From: a virus
Virus record (IMG/VR): IMGVR_UViG_3300025872_000001
DNA: 64,000 nucleotides
Reading direction: 5' to 3' (one strand)
Positions within the stretch are counted from its first letter, which is position 1. Every line of letters starts with the position of its first letter. Made by a program: the position numbers and the translations under genes. Below, piece after piece: positions 54,457-64,000 of the stretch. A model generated the notes under the pieces. It saw only the letters and a list, made by a program, of their open reading frames with translations. It ran no database searches and had not been told where the DNA came from.

Positions 54457-57400
54457 ATGCCAGACATCGTCATAACTCCAAATAGGGGTACAAGTAATAA
54501 CCCAAAGATCGATTTTACAGGCACTTCCGCAGGTACAATTAAACTGGAAGTATTGGCTGATGGTTCAATCGCTTGGAATGGAGCCAACGGCTCCCTTTTT
54601 AGCATCGCTGATAGTTTAAGCGGTAGCTTAATGTCGGTAAATGACATATCTGGTTTACCGGCTTTTGAAGTATTTTCTGATAATAGGGTTGTAGTTGGAC
54701 AGTTTGGGGCGAATTTACTTTTAGGTAAAACTACCAGTTCAAGTAATGGTAGGTTGCAATTGGCAAATCATACAACTGTGGCTGGAGGTATTGGAATTGG
54801 AACAGATATAAATTTATATCGTAGCGCAGCTGGATCTTTATCGATTGCGTCCTCCGCAAATCCAACTCAACTTAAAGTTTCAACAACGACAGCAGGTGGA
54901 TATTCTCAAATATATCTATCAAATCCAACCAGAGATTTTATATTAACAAATAACGCGGGAGATAGTCTTTTGTCGTTCAACTATAGTGGAGCAAATAGGC
55001 TACAATTTGACACTTCAAATCAATGGTTTAATAGTGGTAATGTTGGTATTGGTACGACAAATCCTGGTGAAAAATTGACTGTTGTTGGAAATGCAGCAAT
55101 ATCAAATGGAATTGTTTCAAATTCCGCAAACGATGCTGATAATATGACTGGTGGTGTTTCAATGTGGAGTAGCCCAAGCGCTACCACTTCATTGTCACTT
55201 TTTAAGAGTTGGAATTCTATTTTTGGTAGAACAAATACTTTGATGACCAATGGATACGCCACGTATTATATAATGGATACTAGTGGTCGCGGTTGGGTTT
55301 GGAGATATGCAACGGGAGGGTCAGCTGGTACAAACGTCGCATCACTAAGAAATGATACTGGGCAAATGTCGCTTGGTACAGCTTGGGATTGGTCTGGCGG
55401 TTATCATGCTCAATTAAACATTGCAGCTGGACAAGGCTCTGCTACAACTTATCGTGACATTGATTTGCATGGTGGCTGGAGTCCTGGCGAAGGTCATGCT
55501 ATCACCGCAACACATGCTAGCGGCGCAAGTAATATTGTTGGTCAAATTGTGTTTCAATATGATGGCGGACCATCAAGAATACGATTCGGTAAAATACACC
55601 ACAATGGAGATCAAAGTGGATATCCATTAGAACTTATTTCAACCGGAGCAAATGTTGCGAATTTGATATTAAATAATGGAAATATTAATGTTGCGGCTGG
55701 AAATGTAAGTATAGGAACGACAAATTTTGATACAGGAAATGGTAATATTGGTGCTACACTTAAACTTGGAAGTAATAACAATAATCTAATTGTAGCTGAA
55801 ACAACCACAACAAACAGATATCTCTTGCTTGAATCAAGAAGAACAAGCAGAACTGGTGGAGCAAGAAATGCGCAAATTAGCATCGGCGGTGACGCAAGTG
55901 ACAATGGAGAAATGATATTCTATACAGCCCCATCTGGCGCTGATGTATCCGAAAGAATGCGCATCATAAGCAATGGTAATGTTGGTATAAGCACAACAAG
56001 CCCTTCTACAAAACTTCACGTATACAACGGATCGATTGGTATCACAGGAGCATCAACGGGATCAAGTAGTATAACATCGTCGCTGGATGCACTTATAATA
56101 GGACCATACCCTCAAAGAAATCCAACGATTGGTTCGTATTTTCCAGGATTGGCGTTCAATCATTTGTTCAATTATTCTGGAACAACGTATGATGCTTCGG
56201 CTCACGGATGGATTGGTCTTCGTCTAACATCAATTGCGGGTGCGGAATTGTCTGCCTTGGTATTTGCCACAAAACCAACAACAGGTACTGCTGATCGTCC
56301 AATTGAAAGAATGGCAATTACTCCAGACGGTAATGTTGGTATTGGAACTACAACTCCTTCACAAAAACTTCATGTTTACGGAAGTGCAGATGCGGCTGGC
56401 ATTCTAGTTGGAACTTCAAGTGGAAGAGCAAGAGTAACTATCGACTCAGCAACCTCGGCACTTTCATCATATTTGGAATTGAATAGTGGTGGAAATCAAA
56501 TTGCATTCCTTGATGGTAATTACGGAAACGATTGGCTGAGAATTGCCACCAATAAATCAACCGCATATATTTCTTTTGAGACTGGGAATCAGAGTGAAAA
56601 AATGCGTATTACTGCCAATGGAAGTGTTGGTATTGGAACAACAAGTCCTGGTTACAAACTTCAAGTTCAAGGAACTGCTTATGTAGATAGTACTTTATTT
56701 GTAAACGGCGCTACAACTATAGAAGATACACTTACAGTAAAAACTCAAAGCGGTTCACATAATGTAGCTATAATTGATTATAGTGGTGTAGCTGGAGGAA
56801 GAATTAAAGTTCTTGTTGACGGAGTTGTTCGTTCTCAAATTGGAACTTATAGTGGCGACAATACATTTTTTAATGCTGGATACGGTGGAAATGTTGGTAT
56901 TGGAACCTCAACACCTAGTTATCTTCTTCATGCTGTTGGCGACATATACGCTAATGGCGGATGGTTTAGAGTAAGCGGAAATCAAGGATATTATTTTGAA
57001 ACGCATGGTGGCGGTTGGTATATGACCGATAGCACCTGGCTTCGTGCATATAATGACAAAGCAATCATCACCAACAATGAAATTCGCGCAACAATATTTA
57101 AAGATGCAAATGATACCGCGTATTATGCTGATCCCGCATCAACAAGTGTATTGTCAAAATTGTCGGTAGGAAATGCTCCGTATGTCGCATCAATTCAAGC
57201 TGGCGCTTTAGAATTAGGTAGAACAGATACAAATTACCAATACACTAGTGGTTGGACTGGAACAATGCAGGGCGGTATTCTTGCAAATTGCGCCGATAAT
57301 TGGGAATTTGTAATTCACGATTCTGGACATCGTCTAGCTTCTGCGTTTGAATTTAGAGGATCAGGAACAAACGTAATACGTTTAGGTAGAGATCTTGGCT

Positions 57401-60400
57401 GGGGCGTTACTCCAATTGAAACCCCAGGTAATCTAACTGTTATAGGAAATGCTTATGCTCCAGTATTTTACGACTATAATGATACTAATTTTCGTTTAGA
57501 TCCTGCATCAACAACAACTTCATTACAAATCGCGGGAGCGATTGAGCAGGGAAATAATTTCGCTCATCCGAATGTTGAATGGGCGCAAAGCGGATCAGCC
57601 ACTGGAATGGTTATTATTAAGTTCCCAGGAAATACTGGTAACTATGGAATGATTCACGCTGTAGTTGATATTTATGAATACAGCAGCAATAGCGCATGTA
57701 CAGTTACGGTTGCTGGTCATAATTGGAACGGCGCTTGGTATAATATTAGTTCAGAAGTTATAGGCTATACTGATAAACAAGTTCGCGTTGGAGTAAAAGA
57801 TAGTCAATATTGCATTGTAATAGGAACATCAGGTTCAAGTTGGAGTTATGGCCAGGTTCGTCTGAGAAAAATTCAAAATGGTTCATATTACAATGATCAA
57901 ATGGATCTTGGCGGAACTTACAGCGCCTCAATCACAACTACTGAATCGTTCTCTAATATTTCTGGTGATTTAAGAAATTTAAGGACTCCAAATAATATTA
58001 GTGTTGGTGGAGGTATATATGGCCAAATTTTCTATGATAGTAATGATACAAATTATTATGTTGATCCAGCAAATGGTGGATTTGTTCTGCGCGGTGGTAC
58101 AAGTAATCGCGTAACATTTTCTACAACTGACAGTGGAATTTTTGTTGCCAACGCTGAAGGAGGTGGGACTACTGTTCGTTTAGGTGCCGCGTGGGGTTGT
58201 CCCGGCATATACAATAACACATCTCTGACGCTTGGTGCAGAAAGTAACATTGAATTTAGAATTGCAAATGCGCAAAAAGGTTATATAGATTCAAGCAGTA
58301 ATCTTTTTGCTTTTGGTTCGATGCGTTCACCAATCTTTTATGATTACAATGATACAAATTATTACGTTGATCCTGCTAGCACATCAAGGGTAAATACCGT
58401 AAGTTTTGTCAGTGGAGCTTCATTTGGTCCATATCTTCAATTTAACAATCAATCCAATTTACGTCTTCAAGCTGGACAGCAATCTGGGGCTATTGGCATA
58501 AGTGGTTATGATTTTAATGGAAATTGGAAATTTCAATTATACGGAGATAGCAGCGGTTATGGATTTTTGAACGGAAACTGGGCAGGATGGGATCTGCTGA
58601 AAAGTGTAAGCGGTAACCTATATCTAAATAATCAAAGCACATATTACATTGGCACCAACGAGATATATTACAACCGTGTTTATGGTATAGCGGATATTAG
58701 ATCTCCGATCTTTTACGATAATAATAATACTGGATATTATATTGATGGTAATAGCACATCATATCTGAATAGTTTATATTTGTATGGAGGACTTACCACA
58801 ACAGGAAATACTCGTCTTGGACAAAGCAGCGGCACGACAACACGCATTGATGATATTCTGCAAGTAGGAGCTTCTGACAGCGGTGATAGCCATTTGTACT
58901 TTGGAGAAGATACCAGTAACTGGTATGGAGCACACTGGTATTGGGATTCAGGATATACGCACTATTGGTATTCACGCAATGGTGGAACCGATAGCACGCT
59001 GATGCAGTATGCCACGAATGATACCACTAAAATCACATTCGGCAGAAATATTGAATTTAATAATTACGGAAAAGGAATCATTGGAACATACGCATCCACT
59101 CGCTATCAGGGGGTATTTGCGATGGGAGAATCCTATAAACTTCCAGATGATGGAAACGGCGTAGGAACTCTTTACGGTATTGCGTGGTCTCATCCAAACG
59201 CAGGTGGTGCGGCAGGAAATCTTGCATCTCACGGTATGCTCATCCTTGAGAATGGAACATTCAAGGGAGCTTGGGGCGGTGGAAGACTTGTAACGACTTC
59301 TGATATACGTGGTACAGTCTTTTATGATTATGATAATACTGGATATTATGTAGATCCAACTGGCAACGCCAATATTGCTAACTCTGTATATGTTGGAGGC
59401 TGGTTTAGAAACTATGGAAACCAAGGATTATATAATGAAACTCATGGCAATCACTGGTACGCAACGGGCAATGATTTTTGGAATTTAGCAGGAAATAACG
59501 CGAGCAATATTGGAATTATTTTAAGATCTGGCGGACACCAAGGAACTATACGCGGATACGTTTATGCCGATAGTAATAATCATATTGGATTTCTAAATGA
59601 TGGCGGAGCTTGGAGATTAAGAGTGGTCAGTGGAGATTACACTCTTGCCGATGGCTCTTCTATTCGAGGCCAACTATTTTATGATAGTAATGATACCAAT
59701 TATTATATAGACCCAGCAAGCACTGGAACCTCCGCGAATTTTGCTGGAAATATAATTGTAGCAAATGGACGCACAGACGCCTATATCTACATGGGCGATA
59801 CAGACGAAGGCCAAAGAGTTATTCACAACAATTCAAATAGAATTGGATTTTTGAATCAGTCTAGCGGATGGGGAGCTTGGTGCGATGATTCTGGCTATTG
59901 GCAATCCGATACAAGCATCAGAGGACCGCTTTTCTATGATAGTAACGATACCAATTATTATGTAGATCCTGCCAGCACATCAAATCTTAACCGTCTTTTA
60001 ATTCAGCCTCGCAACGACAATTATTATGTTGGAACGGTGAGTTATGTAAATTCAGTGTCGGATTGGCAAAGTTTGACGAATACCACAGGCCAATTCACAG
60101 TGACCCAAATGAATAATTTTGCTGCAGGTGGGTTTAGCAATTATCCAAGCAGCGTTTATACATATGGATCAGTATTAAGTTGGAGAACAGAATACCATTC
60201 TTTCCAACTATACGCCGCACATACAGGAGATATTACGTACAAAACTCAATGGGCTAATGACAACTATTCTGGATGGTTGTATCCAATGGTGTATGGAAGA
60301 GTAAATGGCGGCGGAGGATCTATTTATGGCACAATTTTTTACGATCAAAATGATAGTGGCTATTATGTAGATCCAAATAGCACAAGTAAACTAAATAATT

Positions 60401-61080
60401 TACAGGTTGCAGGAGGAATATCAGATCCTAGTACTAATGGTAGAATATATCTTTATGGAAATCTTCATATTGATGCGTTCAACGGATATGATATCTATGC
60501 CAATTATTATAGCGGTAGAAGATTCAGAACATTTTATGGTGCACAAAATGAGTCTTTTAGATGCGATACTGATGGAATTGTATATGCATATAACCACATC
60601 CGCACTCCTTATATTTACGATTATAACAATACTGCATATTATTTTGATGGAAATAATACTTCCGTGATGAATCTGGTGACGGTGAATTCTCTTGGAGTAG
60701 GAACATCCGTATCTGGAACAACAGGTGAAATTCGCGCCACAAATAATATCACAGCTTACTATTCCGATGAACGCTTAAAAACTAGACTCGGAAAAATTGA
60801 AGATCCAATTGCCAAAGTAAAGTCACTTTCTGGTTTCTATTTTGAAGCTAATGAAACGGCAGTTGCTTTGGGCTACGATAAAAAACGCGAAGTTGGCGTA
60901 TCAGCCCAAGAGGTCCAAGCTGTATTACCCGAAATTATAGCCCCTGCCCCAATTAGCGATAAATACATGACAGTAAGATATGAAAAGCTTATTCCTCTTC
61001 TTATTGAGGCCATTAAAGAGCAGCAAACTCAAATCGAACAACTTTCTAATGAATTGAAATCATTAAAAAATAAATTATAA
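54457..61080 (+). CDS. long modular tail fibre with C-terminal intramolecular chaperone (peptidase S74) domain (2207 aa)
   Basis: 6 GNVGIG-type and 10 FYD.N.T.YY.DP-type repeats; YSDERLK...GVSAQEV..VLPE...V.YEKL.PLLIEAIKE. Confidence 0.88.
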   Translation: MPDIVITPNRGTSNNPKIDFTGTSAGTIKLEVLADGSIAWNGANGSLFSIADSLSGSLMSVNDISGLPAFEVFSDNRVVVGQFGANLLLGKTTSSSNGRLQLANHTTVAGGIGIGTDINLYRSAAGSLSIASSANPTQLKVSTTTAGGYSQIYLSNPTRDFILTNNAGDSLLSFNYSGANRLQFDTSNQWFNSGNVGIGTTNPGEKLTVVGNAAISNGIVSNSANDADNMTGGVSMWSSPSATTSLSLFKSWNSIFGRTNTLMTNGYATYYIMDTSGRGWVWRYATGGSAGTNVASLRNDTGQMSLGTAWDWSGGYHAQLNIAAGQGSATTYRDIDLHGGWSPGEGHAITATHASGASNIVGQIVFQYDGGPSRIRFGKIHHNGDQSGYPLELISTGANVANLILNNGNINVAAGNVSIGTTNFDTGNGNIGATLKLGSNNNNLIVAETTTTNRYLLLESRRTSRTGGARNAQISIGGDASDNGEMIFYTAPSGADVSERMRIISNGNVGISTTSPSTKLHVYNGSIGITGASTGSSSITSSLDALIIGPYPQRNPTIGSYFPGLAFNHLFNYSGTTYDASAHGWIGLRLTSIAGAELSALVFATKPTTGTADRPIERMAITPDGNVGIGTTTPSQKLHVYGSADAAGILVGTSSGRARVTIDSATSALSSYLELNSGGNQIAFLDGNYGNDWLRIATNKSTAYISFETGNQSEKMRITANGSVGIGTTSPGYKLQVQGTAYVDSTLFVNGATTIEDTLTVKTQSGSHNVAIIDYSGVAGGRIKVLVDGVVRSQIGTYSGDNTFFNAGYGGNVGIGTSTPSYLLHAVGDIYANGGWFRVSGNQGYYFETHGGGWYMTDSTWLRAYNDKAIITNNEIRATIFKDANDTAYYADPASTSVLSKLSVGNAPYVASIQAGALELGRTDTNYQYTSGWTGTMQGGILANCADNWEFVIHDSGHRLASAFEFRGSGTNVIRLGRDLGWGVTPIETPGNLTVIGNAYAPVFYDYNDTNFRLDPASTTTSLQIAGAIEQGNNFAHPNVEWAQSGSATGMVIIKFPGNTGNYGMIHAVVDIYEYSSNSACTVTVAGHNWNGAWYNISSEVIGYTDKQVRVGVKDSQYCIVIGTSGSSWSYGQVRLRKIQNGSYYNDQMDLGGTYSASITTTESFSNISGDLRNLRTPNNISVGGGIYGQIFYDSNDTNYYVDPANGGFVLRGGTSNRVTFSTTDSGIFVANAEGGGTTVRLGAAWGCPGIYNNTSLTLGAESNIEFRIANAQKGYIDSSSNLFAFGSMRSPIFYDYNDTNYYVDPASTSRVNTVSFVSGASFGPYLQFNNQSNLRLQAGQQSGAIGISGYDFNGNWKFQLYGDSSGYGFLNGNWAGWDLLKSVSGNLYLNNQSTYYIGTNEIYYNRVYGIADIRSPIFYDNNNTGYYIDGNSTSYLNSLYLYGGLTTTGNTRLGQSSGTTTRIDDILQVGASDSGDSHLYFGEDTSNWYGAHWYWDSGYTHYWYSRNGGTDSTLMQYATNDTTKITFGRNIEFNNYGKGIIGTYASTRYQGVFAMGESYKLPDDGNGVGTLYGIAWSHPNAGGAAGNLASHGMLILENGTFKGAWGGGRLVTTSDIRGTVFYDYDNTGYYVDPTGNANIANSVYVGGWFRNYGNQGLYNETHGNHWYATGNDFWNLAGNNASNIGIILRSGGHQGTIRGYVYADSNNHIGFLNDGGAWRLRVVSGDYTLADGSSIRGQLFYDSNDTNYYIDPASTGTSANFAGNIIVANGRTDAYIYMGDTDEGQRVIHNNSNRIGFLNQSSGWGAWCDDSGYWQSDTSIRGPLFYDSNDTNYYVDPASTSNLNRLLIQPRNDNYYVGTVSYVNSVSDWQSLTNTTGQFTVTQMNNFAAGGFSNYPSSVYTYGSVLSWRTEYHSFQLYAAHTGDITYKTQWANDNYSGWLYPMVYGRVNGGGGSIYGTIFYDQNDSGYYVDPNSTSKLNNLQVAGGISDPSTNGRIYLYGNLHIDAFNGYDIYANYYSGRRFRTFYGAQNESFRCDTDGIVYAYNHIRTPYIYDYNNTAYYFDGNNTSVMNLVTVNSLGVGTSVSGTTGEIRATNNITAYYSDERLKTRLGKIEDPIAKVKSLSGFYFEANETAVALGYDKKREVGVSAQEVQAVLPEIIAPAPISDKYMTVRYEKLIPLLIEAIKEQQTQIEQLSNELKSLKNKL

Positions 61081-61093
61081 TCCTATTAAGTCT

Positions 61094-61468
61094 ATGATCA
61101 CCTACACATGGAAATTAACATCCCTAAAAAAACGCAACGTCGGTAATTTAAACGATGTTGTTTTTCAAACCCACTGGCAAAAAATTGGAACAGATGAGAG
61201 TGGCAACACTGGAATTTTCTCTGGCGCTACCCCATTTGATCCAGCTAAATTAGATCCTTCTTCATTTGTTTCTTTTGAGCAGCTGACAGAAGCCGCAGTC
61301 CTAGAATGGATTAAGGCGGTTGTTGTTGGCTCTTACGAGCAGCATGTAAACGAGCAAATTGCTCGTCAAATCGACGAGAAGAAAAATGTCGCTTCTGAAG
61401 TTAATGCTGGCGCATTCCCCTGGGATCCTCCTCCCTCTGGCGCGCCAACATCCGGTATAGCTCCCTAA
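61094..61468 (+). CDS. tail fibre accessory protein
   Basis: follows the fibre; ITYTWK, F.SFEQLTE..VLEWI, PW motifs. Confidence 0.65.
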   Translation: MITYTWKLTSLKKRNVGNLNDVVFQTHWQKIGTDESGNTGIFSGATPFDPAKLDPSSFVSFEQLTEAAVLEWIKAVVVGSYEQHVNEQIARQIDEKKNVASEVNAGAFPWDPPPSGAPTSGIAP

Positions 61469-61492
61469 TACTACAATAAATAAGTAATTGTC

Positions 61493-62491
61493 GTGGCCTT
61501 ACCCTCATCAGGCGCTATTTCAATGAATAACGTCAACCAAGAGTTGGGTAAGGCTTCGCCATATACTCAAACCGTCTCATTGAATGATTCGGATGTAAGA
61601 TCGCTTTTCCAAAAAACAACAGCAGGAAGTGCGATTTCAATGAGTGATGGTTGGGGTAAAAGTAATGCTGCTCCAGCTAGCCAAGTAGAATGGACAACGC
61701 CTAACACTTATAGTTGGACGGTTCCTGCTGGAGTAACATCTATATGCGCAGTAGCAGTTAATGGCGGTGGTGGTGGTCCCCGTGGAGGCTGCGATTTTGG
61801 AGGACAGGGTGGACTAGGAGGTTATTTTTTTTATAGAAATAATATTTCAGTTACACCTGGAGAAACTTTGACAATTGTTGTTGGTGCTGGTGGTTCTGGA
61901 GGAACAATAAATGGTGTTGGAACAAATGGTGGCGCATCATCGATTGCCAGATCTGGAACAGGATTATTATCAACAAGCGTTTTTGATTATTTATCTAATG
62001 GAGCATATGGTGATGCCTGTGGTGCTGGAGGTGGCGCTGGTGGTTATTCTGCTTCGGGACAAACTTCTACAGGAGGTGTTGGTGGAGGACAAGAGAATCA
62101 AGGAGGAAATGGAACCTATGGCGCATCTGGAGGCGGCGGCGGCGGTTATGACGATGGATGCTGGAATCGTTATCAATCTGGTAATGGCGGCAGCACTTAT
62201 CTTTATGGCAGAGGAGATAATGGTGTAGGAGGAGCAGGTGGAGATCCAAATTCACATTATGAAGGCTATAATGGAGGCGATGGCTCCGCAACAAATATAG
62301 CTGGATCTGGAACAAGAGGGAACGCAAAAGGAGGAGGCGGCGGTGCGATTGGCGGTTATAATTCAGATGATTGTGGAGGCACAGTATCTACAAATTTTGG
62401 TTACGCTGGAGCAGCTGGTGCAGTTAGAATAATTTGGGGAGACACTAGCATCAGCAGATCTTTCCCCGCAACAAACACAAAAAATGTATAA
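61493..62491 (+). CDS. glycine-rich adhesin/tail-tip protein
   Basis: MALPSSGAISM..VN.ELG N-terminus; WTVPAGVTSI; Gly-rich repeats; GAVRIIWG..RSFP. Confidence 0.75.
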   Translation: MALPSSGAISMNNVNQELGKASPYTQTVSLNDSDVRSLFQKTTAGSAISMSDGWGKSNAAPASQVEWTTPNTYSWTVPAGVTSICAVAVNGGGGGPRGGCDFGGQGGLGGYFFYRNNISVTPGETLTIVVGAGGSGGTINGVGTNGGASSIARSGTGLLSTSVFDYLSNGAYGDACGAGGGAGGYSASGQTSTGGVGGGQENQGGNGTYGASGGGGGGYDDGCWNRYQSGNGGSTYLYGRGDNGVGGAGGDPNSHYEGYNGGDGSATNIAGSGTRGNAKGGGGGAIGGYNSDDCGGTVSTNFGYAGAAGAVRIIWGDTSISRSFPATNTKNV

Positions 62492-62494
62492 TTT

Positions 62495-62839
62495 ATGAAA
62501 GTTAAAATTCAACCTTGGATATACAACGATAAAACAGCAGTTAATATTGAAGTGCCAACTATTTTCATAATGGGCGGTAAAAAAGCCGTTATTAATTGCG
62601 CTTTAACAGACGAAAATAGCATTCCTGTTTATGCTTCTAGAATCGATATGCCAAAAGAAGATTATGATCAATGGGGAAGCGATGATTTGTATATTGTAAA
62701 TTATTGCGCAAATGTATTTAATCCTCCAGCGATTATTGATGGACCTTTGTCTGGATATTCGGAATTATATACTACTATAATTAATCAAAAGCCACCTCCT
62801 AGTGGCTCTGCTCCGACACCTAGCGGATCTGCTCCATGA
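62495..62839 (+). CDS. hypothetical protein
   Basis: Y.QWG.DD.YI motif. Confidence 0.65.
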   Translation: MKVKIQPWIYNDKTAVNIEVPTIFIMGGKKAVINCALTDENSIPVYASRIDMPKEDYDQWGSDDLYIVNYCANVFNPPAIIDGPLSGYSELYTTIINQKPPPSGSAPTPSGSAP

Positions 62840-63069
62840 ACCCATTAGAGGTCGTCAAAGAAGCCTCTAAAACAGCTTTTAATGTAGCTGAACATGCTGT
62901 AAGAACAGCTTCTTTTTTTGCAACAGATAAAAAGAAAAACGAAAGAATAAACATTTGCCAAACTTGCTCAGAGTATATATTAGAAAAAGATAAATGCTCT
63001 AAATGCGGATGCGTTATGCAAAGAAAAGCTTCCTTAGAAGCTGCAAGGTGTCCAATAGATAAATGGTAA
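62836..63069 (+). CDS. small Cys-rich protein
   Basis: R..IC..C...C.KCGC.M..K..L..A.CP..KW. Confidence 0.7.
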   Translation: MNPLEVVKEASKTAFNVAEHAVRTASFFATDKKKNERINICQTCSEYILEKDKCSKCGCVMQRKASLEAARCPIDKW

Positions 63070-63099
63070 TAAAAAACCCCCGATTTCTCGGGGGTTTTT
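63070..63099. terminator. bidirectional rho-independent terminator
   Basis: TAAAAAACCCCCGA-TTTC-TCGGGGGTTTTTA between convergent genes. Confidence 0.85.
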
Positions 63100-63121
63100 A
63101 GTTTATTTTATTTGTGTATTG

Positions 63122-64000
63122 TTATACAGTTGTAGCTACGAATACGCCATTAGTAGTATCCTGTGGCGCACCGATCTGAGTCGTGAAGACCAGATCAACA
63201 CTCTTGTTGTCACCGATTGAGCTTGAGAAGTTTTCACTTACAAGCTTGCAGCCTTTGACCTGATAGCAGATCTTATCGCTTCCAGAAGGATCTTTGAACT
63301 TGAAGAGCAGGGTCTTTGTAGTGTCAGCATTTACAAGATCAATCAAATTACCAGCTTGTCTAAGGTCAGCGAGAGTAGCGGAAACGTTTACAGTTACTTC
63401 GATTGGGAAGTCGATAACCTTTGCGAAACCGAAGCGAGTGCCGAGGCGTTGCAGAGTTGTACGGCCAATTGGAACCTCAATTGAGAAGGACTGAATGTGA
63501 GCCGCAGTATTGCCAGTATCAATGCCTGTGGGCATGTCTGTCAGTACTGGATCAGCAAGTTCCATTACAATGTCACCGGGGCGGAGAGCAGAAATTCCGA
63601 TATCACCGCTAGAAGGTGTTGGAAGAGTAAATCCATTACTTGTCGCAGTGCTGGTTTCTACAGTTAATGAGGGAAGAACTCCTGTGCTGCCTTCAACAAC
63701 ATTAATATTCAGACCTTCTACTGAAACTGAAACTGTTGGAAGGTTACCTACAGAAGCTTCAAGTGAATAGTTTGTAACGAATCCGTTGCCGATTGTGATT
63801 GTGCTAGCTTGATCGCCTGTAAAGGCTACACCAGCAGCATTATTGGCGTCGTTACCTTCTGGGGCAGTAAAGATATGGAAGTTACGGCCAGAAAGGGTCG
63901 AAGTGTCAGCCGTTTGAGTAGCGTCAATCAGACCCGAAATGAAAGAGCGTGTGGTTCCGAGACCAGTGCCTACGCTGAAACCAAGTGCTGTTTCATTATT
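63122..64000 (-). CDS. major tail/tube-like protein, 5'-truncated by window edge
   Basis: frame appears open from 64000 to the stop at 63122; IQSFSI.VP..RT.L.RLG...GCKLVSENFSSSIGDNKSV. Confidence 0.65.
   Translation of the reverse strand, partial: NNETALGFSVGTGLGTTRSFISGLIDATQTADTSTLSGRNFHIFTAPEGNDANNAAGVAFTGDQASTITIGNGFVTNYSLEASVGNLPTVSVSVEGLNINVVEGSTGVLPSLTVETSTATSNGFTLPTPSSGDIGISALRPGDIVMELADPVLTDMPTGIDTGNTAAHIQSFSIEVPIGRTTLQRLGTRFGFAKVIDFPIEVTVNVSATLADLRQAGNLIDLVNADTTKTLLFKFKDPSGSDKICYQVKGCKLVSENFSSSIGDNKSVDLVFTTQIGAPQDTTNGVFVATTV

Noticed and set aside
44746-61080. Diversity-generating retroelement in the tail fibres
   Set aside because: No reverse transcriptase in the window; repeated segments differ at synonymous positions of all base types rather than only at adenines
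63510-63770. Plus-strand ORFs near the window end
   Set aside because: Antisense to the minus-strand tail-tube-like gene that runs off the window
1-64000. Stop-codon reassignment
   Set aside because: Long genes are intact in the standard code, TAA, TGA and TAG all end genes, and no suppressor tRNA is present

Overview
A 64-kb segment of a large tailed dsDNA phage (Caudoviricetes), standard genetic code. No host genes, integrase, CRISPR array or reverse transcriptase are visible. Layout: (1) 1-16.2 kb, rightward early/middle genes: rIIA/rIIB, many small ORFs, endonuclease VII-like nuclease, glycosyltransferase, thermonuclease, candidate u-spanin, RuvB-like ATPase, and seven tRNAs that all decode A-ending codons. 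Inside the tRNA array sit two paralogous ~165-nt structured non-coding RNAs with covarying stems and a covarying loop-loop (kissing) interaction that I cannot assign to a known family. (2) 16.2-24.0 kb, a GC-richer block of short, mostly leftward and often leaderless transcription units. These are separated by a recurring composite DNA element: nine copies of the 15-bp palindrome CCGGGCCWGGCCCGG, paired parS-half-site-like CGTGGAACA repeats at 19-bp period, an orphan TTGAC and a TATATAGCGCTATA-type box, with a near-perfect parS site at the left edge. (3) 24-28.4 kb, leftward accessory genes. (4) 28.5-64 kb, the late module: PhoH, an ECF-like sigma factor with a Cys-rich insertion, an ERCC4-type nuclease, terminase, portal, protease/scaffold, decoration protein, major capsid protein, two ~2,200-aa modular tail fibres, LamG proteins, a Gly-rich adhesin and a partial tail-tube-like gene. 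A GTGTAA motif precedes many late genes and is the candidate late promoter. All protein calls come from motif recognition by eye; no searches were run.
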